In this document: one piece after another, positions 50,378 through 63,916 of the stretch
Layout: the number at the start of each line of letters is the position of its first letter
Numbering within the stretch: the first letter of the stretch is position 1
Assembly: GCA_017499595.2 (NCBI GenBank)
Contig: CM038999.1
Span: forward strand, 3,224,001-3,288,000
DNA from: Psilocybe cubensis
Taxonomy: Eukaryota
Length of the DNA stretch: 64,000 bases
Direction: 5' to 3'
Notes under the pieces: model-generated
The model's input: the letters and a program-made list of their open reading frames with translations, nothing else
Told to the model about the DNA's origin: nothing
Databases searched by the model: none
Position numbers and translations under genes: made by a program

Positions 50378-52285
50378 ATGGAGATCTCACGGTGCAATAA
50401 CCTGCTGAGCATGGCGACAGTCGCGCTCCTACTTTCGTTTACGAGCCTTTTCTTCGGAGTTGCCCAGGCGGCCACAGATGATAAAACGAGATTAGGAAAT
50501 AATACTATTGACCGCGTGAGTGTTAATTATTCTCTCTGTTCCAAAGGAAAGACAGTGGACGAGCGCGTATCTATTTTGAGGCGGACAGCAAAAGAAAGAA
50601 ATGTTTGCCACCTTCCATGTTCTTTGCAGCCCAAATGTGTATGATGCGCATGAATTCCCACTTTTGTTTCTATAAATCCTCTGATTAACGATCAAACTCA
50701 TTTACTTGATCTACAGACCCTGCAACTCCGAACACATTCAATATACGCCCCTTACATTGACCAAGACCTGCAAAATCGGCAAGTCGCATTGCTGTATCCC
50801 CCCTAAACTTGCCTAATATTCACTCTCTTCAGATGGTGGGACTTTGGCGCCGATGCTTACGTTGTAGGTGTCCATCTATAAACTTCTATGTAACCCCTCA
50901 CGTATATATTCCCAGAACACGAACAAACACATTCGATTGACACGAAACAGGCCCTCACAAATGGTCGGTTCCAATTCAACATCCTCATACCTTCATTATT
51001 TCTTACTGCCCATCCATTCTAGGGCTGGCTATGGTCCCGCCTCGCACTCACCCCGTCAAACTATGTCATTGAAGTAGAATTCAAAGTGTCAGGAGACTCA
51101 TCACATCTGTTTGGTGACGGCCTCGCGATGTGGATCACCAAAGAGAGAGCGCAGCCAGGACCTGTATTCGGAAATAGAGGTTAGGCACTCGCATTTTTCA
51201 ACGTTTTCTAACAACCTTTCACACCGTTGCTTGATTTACAGACCAATTCACTGGCCTTGGAATAATACTAGACACGTATGTCATTTTGGATCCTCCATTT
51301 TCATCATCCCGTTCACCGTCTTGATGCTTTGTATTGAACAGATACGCAAATTCTAAGCACTCTTATTCCTTCCCCCGAATTGTAGGTATTATTGGTGACG
51401 GTCAAATGAAGTATGATTTTGGCAACGATGGTGACAGCCAGGCTTTGGGCTCTTGCTCCGTACGCAGTTATTTTATCTCTGACCCTTAACTCGAGCTGAC
51501 TACCATACTTCTCTTTTTATTGTTCTAGGCCAACTTCCGAAGGACAAACGTCGCTACCAAGCTCAAAGTCACATACGTGAAAGATTCATTCCTAGATGCA
51601 CGTCTTCCCCATCTTGCTCCATAACCATGCAAATAGCTAAATATCATCCTTTGTGTATAGGTCAAAATTCAATACAAAGCCTGTAAGCTACTCTCTTTAT
51701 AGTTTGTCCGTATAATGGGCGACTGACATGACTACTAGGGGATGACTGGACAGACTGCTTCCGTATCGAGAAGCCTTCTTTGCCTACCGCTCCCTTCCTC
51801 GGTTTCTCAGCAATGACTGGCGACGTCTCAGACGCACACGAGTACGCCTTCTTTCTCTTCCGTCCTTTCCCCTCTAACTAACCCATCCCTCACCTCACTG
51901 TCTCGCCTCGTCACACTCCAGCATCATCTCCGTCACATCCTACTCCGCCATCGTCTCACAGCCTGACGAACCGCGGAACAAACACAAAAAATCAACCCTC
52001 TTCGCTTCCTCCGGCGAAGGTAACCCCGGCACCTGGCTCGGCTTCTTCTTTAAGCTCTTCCTCCTCGCAGGGGTTGGTGCCGGTGGGTACTACGGCTGGA
52101 AGGAGTACAAGCGCAGGCAGCGGTATTCCGGGTTCGGCGGTGGTATGGGCATGGGAGGCATGGGTAACATGGGCGGCAGCGTACGGTCACCAGTCAGCGC
52201 TGGTGGCACTGGAATGGGAGGGTACGGTATGCGCAGCGCGGGCGTGAATGGCGGATTTGGGGATTATAGCAGCAAGCGTTATTAA
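50378..52285 (+). CDS. L-type (legume-like) lectin cargo receptor, VIP36/LMAN2/Emp47-like (start 50378 or 50411)
   Basis: Signal peptide; WWDFGADA, IRLT, FGDGLAMW, GPVFG, LGIILDTYAN, GFSAMTGDVSDAHDII; TM helix; C-terminal KRY. Confidence 0.92.
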
Positions 52286-53521
52286 TGATTATATTGCGGT
52301 CGGAGGCTAGATAGCAGTAGCTTTTTAGGCGGATGGGAGTTTAAGGGGGGTAATTTAATGTTTGCTCTTGGATGTCTTTTTTGTTGTCTCAGTAATGTAG
52401 CTTAGCAGCAGGCTTTGTCAATGCGTTGCTTTCTCGTATCTTCACGTACATGATTCTGGACCTTGTGGGCGTCAACCAGTATGAAGTCATGCACATTTTT
52501 CAACGGCTTATAGTTATACTACCTACCATCCACACTGAGAGAGAGAGGAAATGACAGATGATTGGATCTACTTGCAGGATGCTATGGTTTGAAAGAAAAA
52601 CTACACTACAATATGTAAACTACTGAAATACTAATGCTACGTAAAAAAAGAGAAAATTGAACGCGAAAGTGGAACAAACAAAAGGTGGAAGAAAAATGGG
52701 TTTGAGATGCTTTGGAACTTCTTTGGTTGACTGTATTGTTTTGGCGTGACTGTGGTGTGTTTGTTTGATGATACTTCGGATACTTTGAGTGTATTTGAAG
52801 GGGCGTGGACGAGGTCGTTACGTAGAAAAGAAAGGGTACGTGTTGGGTTGGGATGGGGTGTTCATGTACGTGTGCATGTGCGTGTGTTGAATATAAAAGT
52901 TCGTCGGTAGGCGAGGGCGATGAAAAATGTCACTTCAATACAGTGGGAGATTAAGGGAGAAAACACAAAGGAAAAAAAAGGAAAAACGACGCAAAAAGAA
53001 AAGACAAATCAAAAGGAACAGAAATACGAAGTATCAACGCCCTTCCTGCAGGTCAAAAGGATAACGAGGGAGTGGGTAACATCACGCAAAACGAACGGAT
53101 TATGGCACGCGCGGATGGATTGGTGGCGGATGACGGAGGATAGCCTGGTGGAAGGTAGATGACGAGGCGCAGCGAGGCACGATGTAAAGGAGGCCATGAG
53201 CGGCAGATCGAACGAAGATACAGTAAACGAAGATAAAATGACTACACTACTAAAAAGATCCAGATGCAAGAGACGAGGTGATACGACGAATAAAGCACAA
53301 TTTTGGTAAACAAAAAAACACAAAAAGAAAGTCATAGCTTGATTGGGGCATGAGGCGAGTCGAGCGAGGTTGAGCTTTGCGCGATAGAAAAGAAATAGAC
53401 GACATTATAGCGTTGAAAAATCAAAAAGACGAAGTGTGGTATACAAAAAGAGAAGATCCAATCGATACAACACACTCCATCTCCTAGACTCGATGGTAAA
53501 CGTTGACAAATCATATAAGCC

Positions 53522-56500
53522 TTAGACACCATAACGAGCCGCAAGACGTTCTTGTATCACTGGTGGGAATGATGAGACTTGTGCCGCCCATCCAGCTTCA
53601 TCATGCTGCTTGAATCCTTGTAAAAGGGTCTGGAACATGTTGTTCAACTCGGGCGATGGTTGGTTCCAACGAATAATCGAGTTGCAGAACCACAATAAAC
53701 TCTGAAGTCGCGTAGAAAAGGATTGAGAACAAGAATTTTAGTCAAACAATATACAATATGAAAATTCATTACACACCTTGGCCATACCAGCGGGATTAGT
53801 CTGTACAAGAGTGCACAGGCCACGGAACGCAGAATCTTTCTCTTCGTTGTCCCTAATCTCGTACAAGGCCTGGCACCAAGCCTGTGCAAACTCGGGAAGA
53901 TGGGGAGCCACGAGATTTGGATGCATCAATCCGATCCTTCCTATCGACACCGCTGCATTCTCATGCAAACTTCTCGGTGCCTTAGGGTGGAGCAAGATAG
54001 GGATCAGCCTAGAGATCAATGGCAGAACCCATTGCTGGAATTCAGGTTCGTCTAGAACAGAGGATCAAAGCATGAGCTACCCCAGAATTCGGTGGTCCTA
54101 CAAGACAAAAATAGACGAACCTCGTCCATAGCGTAACGCGACCTCGCCAACACTCCACGCAGCATTGTTCGACGCACTGACAAACTCAAACTTAGGTTCA
54201 GGGTCAAGTTGGAGAATCAACTCCTGCATAATCCCAGGCATGGCAGGACGAAGAAGGGGGAAGCAGCCCATGGCGAGATCACCAACAAGGGCGTACGCTG
54301 ACTGCCTTACAGGGGCTTGAGGATGTTTCAAGCATACCGTGAGCAGAGACAGCAAATTAGGATTGCTGGCGGTAAGCAGAGGCTCCAAACCCATGCCAAG
54401 ACCTTGGATGAGTCCTGAAAGCAGGTCCAGTGCGACGACGAGGAAAGCTTTGTCTGGTTCGTCAAGATCTGGATTCTGTTGATATTGTTGGTACGCGAGG
54501 AGCGAGTTATGGATGATATTATTGCAGCGGTCGAACACCGGTCCGGCGTAGGGCAGGAAAGCGGGCCCCATAGCAATGGTGACTGAGGCAAGGCACTGAC
54601 ATGAAAATGTTATAAAGACGGCCTTCGCAAAGAGAAAACATAACAGACCTCTAGCAGAGGAATTAGATCTTCGTCGTCATCCTTTAACTTGGCCCACCGG
54701 CCTGTCAGTGGTGGCATGAGAATTTCTACATAGACAGGATTCTGCAGAGCTTTGCCCACAGCATCGGCAAGAGTACCGACGGCATCATAAAGGATAAGCA
54801 TATTCTTGTGTTGGTACTTATCAAATGCAATAACCAGGTTCCTCAGCACTGGTTCAAGATAAGGGGCAAGAGCAGGCCCTGCATCTTCCTCCAGCGTAGC
54901 GAATGCGCTGCAACCTGCCTCTTGGACACGCTTATTATTATCAAGTACCATTCTCAGTAACTGTGAAACATAGAAAAGAAGATAAATGAACATGAGAAAT
55001 CATTCTGTCCTCAAATCAAAAAGATGACGTACACCCTCCATAGTAGGAATGAAATACTGATTTTTGTGCTCTTCTGACTTAGGCTGAGTGCACCAGCTGG
55101 CGTAGCGGCCCAAGGTCCAGCATGTGATTGATCGTACCAGAGGCTGTTGAAGATAGCGCATAAATTTAGAATGCGGAGGTAAAAAGCAGCGGATGACGGA
55201 AGACACCAACCTTTGGATCATTCAAGGTATTGATGAGATATGGGACTAAAGTTGGCAAATGAGGTTCAATAGCTTCGATACAACCTAGATGATAAAACGA
55301 CCACAAGATGTCATTGGTAAGTAATTAAAATCATTGTATGGAAGGGGAAAAAAGCATACCTTCTGCCATAGCACCGAGAGCTAAGATACCGCTCTCTCGT
55401 TGCAGCCAATCTTGGCTCCAAAGCTTCTCTCTCAAGGGGCCCAACAAAACCTTCAATAAATCTCCTGAAAAGCGTACAGCAAGAACATCCAGTGCTGCGG
55501 CCGCACATTTCCGCAGATTCCACTCTGTTGTCATCTCATCGGCGAAATCGTCGTCATCGAGGTCGTAGTCTTCCTCGTCGTCCGAGTCGAGGAGCTCCTG
55601 GCCGTATGCACCAATACGCGTCTTGGGAGCTTCTTGCGCCTCTTCTCCGTTAGTTTCTCGTTCATAACCATGGGATTTGCTTCCTCCATAATGACGCGGT
55701 TTGATGTCGGTGTCTTTGTCCGGTACGGCGGCGTTATCCTCCTCCGCGTCACCCTCCAGCCAGAGCAAATCGTCGTCTCCATAAACCATGCAATCCAACA
55801 GAGTTGGTCCAACCTGATCTAACAAAGGGTGCAGGTATGGAGCTAACTCCTGGTCTTCGGCGAAGGTCAGCCAAAACTCGCAAGCTTCCAAAGCGACGTT
55901 TTCGTTCTTGTCCTTTGTTGAATAGAGCATGTACTGGGCCACATTGGACATCTCTGGCATAAGTTTTTCAGGTCTGGCTGCTAGAAGTAAGACCAGAGCT
56001 TGGCAGACGTGACGGCGGACCGAAGGATCATCGTCAGATGCTCGTTTGAAGAGACAAGCGATAAAGGCATCGATATGAACAAAGAGCGATTGGCAATTGA
56101 TGGGGACGAAATATGAAAGGCATGCTACGGCATGGGAGCGCATCTTAGCTGAAGGATGATCAGAAAGCGAGAGGAACTTGGGAATCATGAAATCGAGGGG
56201 TCGTGTTCCATTAATCTCGACATCCATTTTGCGAGGATAATCTTCGCATGCCTTCTCTAGCGCATTAAAGGCAGCCTAACAAGAAGAACTGTCAGCATCG
56301 AAGCCAGGATATGTATAATAAGTTTAAGAGAAAGTTGAAGGGTGCACTCGCAAACCGCGTCACACCGAGATTCAAAATCTCAGAACGACCGGATGAAAGA
56401 GACGATGTAAAGTGAGAGAGAAAGTTAATATAAACGAGACGAACCTCTTGCCTGTCGAAATCGGTGGAATCAAGAGCCAGAACCAAGTGCTGCAGGCATT

Positions 56501-56943
56501 CTGGCCAATTTCTCGGCTCGAGGACGCCGAGAAAGGCGACGATGTCTTGACTCGCGGCATTACGAATCATAATCGATGTATCGTTAAAGGCAGAAAGCAC
56601 CGCCGATTTGACAAACTCTGCAACCTCTTGGGGTGCAGACAGGATGAGTCGTGCATTGTTCTTGAGCAGATATCCAGCAATTGTGCGTATGCGATCCTCC
56701 TCCTGGGGCATAGAACTCAAGATGTACGCGAGATAGGCGACATACTCTGGCGCACGCGTGAATTGATTTAGTTTCTGTGATATAAGAAGAGAAATAAGCG
56801 CTGTGTGCTGTGAGCACGGCTGATATAAGGAGTGGACATACCTCTGTGATATTACGCTGTACAGTGGCGCTGGTTGCGGTTGATTCGTGGATGGTTTGGA
56901 GGATTTCCTGGAGACCCGCGGGCTGGGGAGTCCAAGGCGCCAT
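53522..56943 (-). CDS. Transportin-1 / importin beta-2 (Kap104-like)
   Basis: HEAT-repeat protein with VALEACEFW, acidic H8 loop, [50 protein letters not shown]. Confidence 0.96.
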
Positions 56944-57630
56944 TTTGAAAGAGAATACGCGTTTGAAATGGAGAAAACCGAGGAGAAAATGGGAGAATGA
57001 AGGGAAGGGGCAAGCGTTGGAGATTTCCCTCAATAATCTTTCGCCTTGACTCTTTGTTGATCATTGTTTCCCATCAGCGACCAAAGTGTCACACATCAGT
57101 GTCACGCTCTTCTCGCTGCACACCGACCATTCAGTCTGTCCTGCAGTCGGATGTTCACCCCCGAAATCAGCGATTAAACTCGCAAGTTCCCCACTCATTA
57201 AAGCCACGATTCCTCTGGCCTCTATTCAGTCGCCTATTCTTGCTCAACGCCCACATATGTGGCGAGACACGTGTATGTTGCGCCTCGAGGCCACATCTCT
57301 GGCACACTAAAGCAGAAAATGGAAGATCTTTTGATCATCGATCAACTTAATGACAGAATAGAATCGATGGAACGTCGCTCGCAGTAGTCGTCCGTCACGT
57401 AGTATGTATGCCTGTATATCCCTTTCATTTGTCCTTGCCCGGTAGTTTGCATGCAACGCAACTCCCGAGAAATGAACGGCTCAATTGCGACATGAACTAG
57501 CACTCTCACGGAAATTGATCCTGACGTACATAGCCATTGAACTGTACTTAAACCTCGGTACACAAATGGGTGCTTCGGTCGCTGTCCAAAAGAAATACAC
57601 GTCATTTTATCACAAGAAACCTTAAAATAA

Positions 57631-58989
57631 TTACAACTTCATCAACAAAGCCTCCTTGTTATCAGCTCCCGTTCCTACAGGTGTCGCTGCCCCCGAGCCC
57701 GGTTGTGACATGGCAGAGGTTGTACTAGGGGCAAAGTGTGGTGCACTAGGATCCATCATCCAATTTACCAAGAACTTGCGCCAGTTTCCTTTAGATGGGA
57801 CAAAATGCCCTAAGGACGTTCATAAATAAGTATTGAGGCAACGGCTCCAATGAGGGCGTTATGAAATCAGGATTACTTACCCCCATCATGTTCCTCCACT
57901 CTTGCGTTCGCAGAAACGTCAACTAACGACCTGGAACGCTCTTCCACGACAACGACATCAGTCCGTCCTAAAACATGCAACGTTGGGGTCGTATATTTTT
58001 GCTCAAAGACAGGATCACAGAAGGGATCTTTCAGTCTAAAACCAGAAACGGCAACACAAAACTGGCTGAAAAGGTCAAACTATCATCAGCATTAATTGAC
58101 AGTGTGGAATAGATAAAAAGGCATACAAAGGCGGATGAAGTGGCTTTCCATCTTCCAAAAATGCAGGGTATAGGTGTGGTCGCTCCAGCTATTTAAATAA
58201 AAGTGATAGTAAAGACTTTATCAGCCTTCCATGACAACCTATGCATAATAACGACTAGCTGAATGGACCTACAAGTGCCGAAATTACAGCCGCAAATGCT
58301 GCTCCCTGGCTGCGTATTCCCAGAACAACAAAGTCAATAACCACCACCACCCCATAACAAGCATCACACCCACCTAAATCCGAAAATACCCTGCACATTG
58401 CAAAAAGAGAAGCCGGTAAGCATCGAGATTCATGATGCAATCGTAGAATCGAAGAGAAGCAATACACACATCAAATCGCTGTTCCTTCAAAACGTCCCTA
58501 ATCAGTGAGAGTGACTCTTCCAGACCCTCAACCTTGGTCTTTTCCTTGTTCGCCTTCCACCATCCTCTCAGCGCAGTGTTAGGGTCAGACTGGGTATCGG
58601 CCATGGACGCCTGCTCAGACGCGAACATTTCAGCCGCCTGGAGTATATGTGGGGCATTCACAAAAACTGTTGATGCACGGCATTGAGGGGTAGGATCCGG
58701 TTAACCTCATGTATTGTGAGTCTACGCGATAAACTGGAATAACACACCGAATTCCAGGTCCTTTCTTTCCTTCCTCAGTGCGCCTAGCTAGAAAACAGGC
58801 ATGAGTTTTCCTCGCGACATCGCTGGACGGATGGGATCAAATCACGCACCCGCTTGCTGAACACAACTGCATTCTGTGAGTATCTGATAACCGAAACGCG
58901 TTTACATTTAGTAAATTTCAACCGACGAAAATTATAAACCATACGCACCCATGCAACACGAGTACCCTCTTCAAAACCGAGCCTGCCAT
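57631..58989 (-). CDS. FSH1/OVCA2-family serine hydrolase
   Basis: RVLVLHGYSQNA, FVNAPH, RGWW, GFSQGAA, PTLHVLGRTDVVV, HDGGHFVP. Confidence 0.9.
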
Positions 58990-59773
58990 TTAATCTATGG
59001 GTATTTGTGTAATAGTCGAGAAGGCGCAAAGTTAATCTAATCTAACACAGAAATTCCGGTTCTAAGGTCTTGAAATAAGATAGTTGGGATACCCGCTGAT
59101 GTAGCCAGACGTTCACTGGACCCCCAAACGTGCGCCTGAGTAGATGAGCGTTCAATAGCAAGAGAAGGGTTTCTTTGCATCTTGGTAAGTCCGGCTGTCC
59201 GGCCCGTTATTATTGAAAATTAATATTCCGGCAATCTTTTTTGCCGAACCCGGCCGTCGGCCCCTGAGCTAAATTTAAATCAGTATTTTCGCGCTCATGA
59301 AAGGTGCATTCACCACGATGTGAAAGAACCGCGTAGGCTCGTGAAAAACATATCTGATGCATTAAATTGACGTACTCAAATAGACACGCAGTTATAATTT
59401 GCGACTTAATATCACACTCAAAAATGCGTTTGAATGTTTCGAAGGCCCATTAGGAGCCACTAGTAGATTTTTGAATGAATGGTATAGTACAGTATATATG
59501 TATGTTCCTCAGCCCGACACGTCTGGTGTGTATGATAGACAGCATCTACAAATGTCCCGACTGTCTTAAGTTTCCCGAATGGTATCCGAGTGTCCAACTG
59601 CACCGCACAGAGACTACACGTCGAATGACATGGAAAAAGCAAAGCTCGCCTCCGCTCGCAATCACATCACCTCCGCCGGTATTACGCCTATCTCCTGCCC
59701 AACCCACAGCCCGTGCGCAAACAAAAAGGAAAGTGAAAGTAAAATTAAGTTAATACACACACCCCTGCGGGGT

Positions 59774-61041
59774 TTACTCTGAATACCCGTCGTCTTCTCT
59801 CACTCTTGGGCTGATCGTCTCAATAACGCCGCTCACGCGTTCATAAACCGCGAACACGATCGCCTGCCCGGGTGCCACGCGCAGCACGCGCGGGGTGATG
59901 CCCTTGTAGAATGACCGCACACCTTCCATCTTCCACATATCTGCAGCGATCGCGAATATGCGCTGGAAGGAGGATTGGCCTGGAGTTGCTTTGGCTTTTT
60001 GTAGACCTAATTTAATTGATGTATGTTTTGAGTATGACAGGCAGAGAAAAGATAATAAACAAAGGACGTACGAGTTTTGATAGTGTCTATTGGTGCATTT
60101 GAGAACGGACCCATAGCTCCAGAGATAAGACCAATCATCATGTGTTGGTAGGATGGTAGCTCGACCAAGTCTGGCTGGTACTTATGCGCAAGCTTCTTTA
60201 TTTCTTGGTACGCGGTGAAGTTGGCACCTAATGTGGACACACAAGCCTTAAGAAGTCGTTCGTCGGCTAATCACGAATGAAGACGTACCCTGGTTCGTAG
60301 CTTGTCTCAGTGCCGTCAAAGAGACACCACGATACAATGTCGAGATTCCTTCCTCACGAATGATGGTGTACACAGCATGGCCAGCATTACGGTACCGAGG
60401 GGCTTCAAGAGGATCGGCCAATGAATGTTGTTGAGCTTGTAGACGAATCTTCACCACTTCCATGGGCGTCACGACCGCAACAGCTTCCGTTACTCCAGCC
60501 CCAAGACCGGCTATACGCAAGTAATTAAAAGATGACATCAGCTCAACACCTTCGCGGCAAGAGAAAAGAATCACATACCAATGAAGATATTCCCAATGCT
60601 TGTCTTCCCTGTTTGCTTATCGGCAAGCCAGCCCTTGTATGCCTCGAAACTAGCAAAGCGGATGGCCATCTTCGGCACGATCCCTGACAGAACGGCGCCG
60701 AGACCTTTGTAGAGCGCTAATGGTGTTTCGCGTTTGACGATGTATGCTCCGGTCGCGATGAATCCTCGAGGTTTAGTCTGCAAGGGAATGTCAAAACGTA
60801 TGGGCACGTAAAAAATTCGACGAACATACTCCAGGTGTCAATCCAGATTTTGAAAGTTGCATTCGGACCTTGATGGTGTCCAATGGCTGACATGCTAGCT
60901 GCAGACGGAGTGAAAATGTTCAAAAACTATCTCATCGTTGTTGTTCAGATCACAACTCACCGCTTCACACCCACCAGCGATACCTCCAGCAATGATGTGC
61001 GTAGCGAACCCGACGGGTTTCTTGTTGCTGTTCCGAGACAT
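59774..61041 (-). CDS. SFC1: Mitochondrial succinate-fumarate carrier
   Basis: HIIAGGIAGGCEA, QPLDTIKVRMQL, GIVPKMAIRF, TPMEVVKIRLQAQ, RQATNQGANF, NAPIDTIKTRLQ, KGITPRVLRVAPGQAIVF. Confidence 0.92.
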
Positions 61042-62601
61042 TGGTTAATTGGTGATGCGGGGAAAATGTGCTCAGTGTCGGTGTGGGGAATATATCCGTC
61101 GCGTAGTCCGTCGGTCGTGGGGTCGGGCGTCGATGGCGATGCAAAGGCAGAATACAAAAAGGCGGAGAGAACAGTCCAGATATGACGCGGGCCATGGTTA
61201 TAAATTCTTTCGTATTTCAGACCAAAGCGCAACTGCAGAACAGAACAGGCCGGGGGAGAATATCATGTGAATGGGAGCCCCACAGGACCATATCCGTACA
61301 TTCCATCCGGCGACAAGAGGAACCGCGTCAGCCGCACGCCTTGTTCCGTCTCCTTCAGTGGTACCGATGCGGAAGTCCGCTCTTTTTCCACTTTTCTTTA
61401 CGTCTCTCGACATCATACGGTTAGACTTGTAGCATTTTGTGTCGTTCGAATGCTGTAAACGAAGGATGGTCAATCCGCCTATCTCCTTTCTGGAGCACTT
61501 GCCATTATAAGGAGCGTGCGAAGACATACCGTGAAAGAAAACATTATAACGAGCCTGTCTCGGTTGGATTGACGCCTTTTGCTTTTCCCGTATATGTTGT
61601 TCCCCACAGCGAAGGCACACCGTCGGCTAGATGTTCGGAACAGGCGCCCAACATCAGCCAACGTCCAGCTTTCGCCGAGAAGTGCCCCTAATAGTACAGA
61701 TGGTACCCTCAGGGTCAAGTCTGATCCTAAAGGCGGGCAAGTTCGGTTTCTCCTCGGCGGCAATTACCATGTCTAGAACTTGGCAGTGTTGACAATCACA
61801 ACCACTAACAGACGGCGATCATCAAATGTTAGTTCCAAGTACGTAAACCATAAACGCATGCGCCAGCTCATCTGTATCATCCAGGTTGATCTTTCTTTCT
61901 GCTCACAATCACATCCCATTATTGCGGGGGCAATCGTCAAATCGGTGTCAGGCCCTTGCTCTCCTTCTGCCGCAGCACTTTCCTTCTCAAGAAGGATGTG
62001 AAAATGCCTTCTATTGCCGACAGGTGCCTCGAGGTCAACTTGAGGCGTCCTGAGGCACCCAAATCGGATGGACGCAATTCAAGAATTGCAACAAAGCACA
62101 CGAATCTCGAAGTTAGACGTACATTTGGCGGGAAACTCACGCTGATTGACCTGATATAGCACTGCTGCCTTCTTAATGATGAATGCGATAATCAAAGGGA
62201 TCTCTTGTCATTGGGAAATTTTTTTGAAATGGTGCCTCAAATAATAGTTGCCACAGGGTTAATTGCTTACATGAAAGTTTGGAGACCACTATCTGGGATC
62301 TGAGACATGCACTATATAAAAGCCCCAAGTCTCCCATTTTCCAATTGACCCTTCCTGTTCTTCCCACTTCAATGAGCCCTGCAAAGGCTCTAACAAAACA
62401 CGAAAGTCTTTCATTCAAGTTTTTGTCCCTGACTTGTTACTAGAGTTACCTTTGACTTGCATTGACCCTATATCCTCTTGTTTTACCTGGTTCCAGAACA
62501 GACTGCACCATCTGGAACACATAAAACTCGGAATATAGACATTGTTCAAAACCATTCCCGAGACATTGTCTGTTGCAGGCCACAAATAACCCTCCCCGGA
62601 A

Positions 62602-63916
62602 ATGAATGTAAACTTTACTTTTGACCCACAACCACAAGCAAAACACCGCTTACGTGACGATGCTCTCAAAATATTCGAGGGTAAACACTGCTCACCATAT
62701 TAAATGGACCGTGGTACTCACTTCTTTTTTTTATTTTCCTCCTCTCAGATTACTGGCATCAAAACATTGGACAAACACCATCACATGTCATGAGGCGCAT
62801 TCTAACAAATCAAGTCAAGGTGATTGGATCAAATTAACACCCTTCAAGCTTGCACCATTTTAAGCCATTATAGCAAATACCAGGGCATGAATATTACACA
62901 TCTGCACTCACAAAGTCGTGGTTTGAACGAAGAGTAAAGAAATGGCGCCAATCTGGGGGTATGTGTATCAGAATAAGCGCATATATGCACCCAGCCCGCT
63001 CAAATTCCATCATTTTCTTTCAGCACCATCGTCCACGCTAACGGCGCGTGCGATCGAGCAACTAACGGTCTTGCTGCGCGACCAACCAGAACCTTCGCAA
63101 GTAGCGGTGGAAACATGGGCATCCATGCTTGCATCGCACGGCGTTGCGTACCAGGATGTGATCAACTGGGTGAACACAAACAAGCTCAACGTTAACAAAC
63201 CCCCTACAAACACTCGTCTACCCACTCCGGCCGATACAGCGTCGCCTTCACACTCGCCTTCGCTGCCACCGTCATCGCCTGTAATAAACCACACGGAAAC
63301 TCAGAATAACAATTATCCAAGTACCACTAGTGTGAAGCGGGAGCTCCTGCAGTCGCCGACGTTGGCCCCGCTCATAATTCCCAATGCGACTGTTACACAA
63401 CATACCAATGTTTACGTGCCGAGTCATCAAGCGGCTGGCAGATATCCACCATCCTCATCCGCCTCGCTAGCTTCCAATTCCAGTATATCATCCTCACGGC
63501 CTCCCCCAACACCTGTATCACCTGTTGGAGCCGCAGTTCAATCCGCATCCGCATTTCCTGCTAGGATAAAAAACTTGTCTCATCCTAATGCAAATACGGC
63601 AGAGCATTCTTCCGTTAAAGTTGTTGATCCTCGTCTATTACGGCAGCAGCAGCAACAACAACAACAGCAGCAGCAACAACAGCAGCAACAGCAACAGCAA
63701 TCTCTACCCACACATTCATCCGCACAGCCACAAGAATGCTCAAAGCCTACAATTACTCCTTTGTTTCATGCAATATTGCAAGGAGTTGCAGACGCCACGT
63801 CAACTCCAACTACCCAAGATACAGCTCGTCCTTTATCGTCCACCGAGTTTAACCAAATGTTTGAACTCTACGAAGAACAAATGAACCAACTTATGCAATC
63901 TCTTGAAAACTCATAA
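62602..63916 (+). CDS. Putative tandem divergent-homeodomain protein with S/P/T-rich and polyQ tail (~375 aa; exons 62602-62680, 62749-62819, 62874-62958, 63024-63916)
   Basis: Three GT-AG introns join in frame; YTSALTKSWFERRVKK and VAYQDVINWVN resemble homeodomain helix 3; low-complexity C-terminus. Confidence 0.65.
63644..63700 (+). repeat. CAG/CAA trinucleotide repeat encoding about 19 Gln
   Basis: Directly visible mixed CAG/CAA run inside the ORF. Confidence 0.95.

Noticed and set aside
52500-53500. Purine-rich and GT-rich low-complexity tract with small ORFs
   Set aside because: Consistent with a long pyrimidine-rich 3' UTR of transportin on the minus strand
62942-63023. ORF-track N-terminus MAPIWGYVYQ...
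   Set aside because: Mostly intron (GTATGT 62959 to CAG 63023); the spliced model from ATG 62602 fits better
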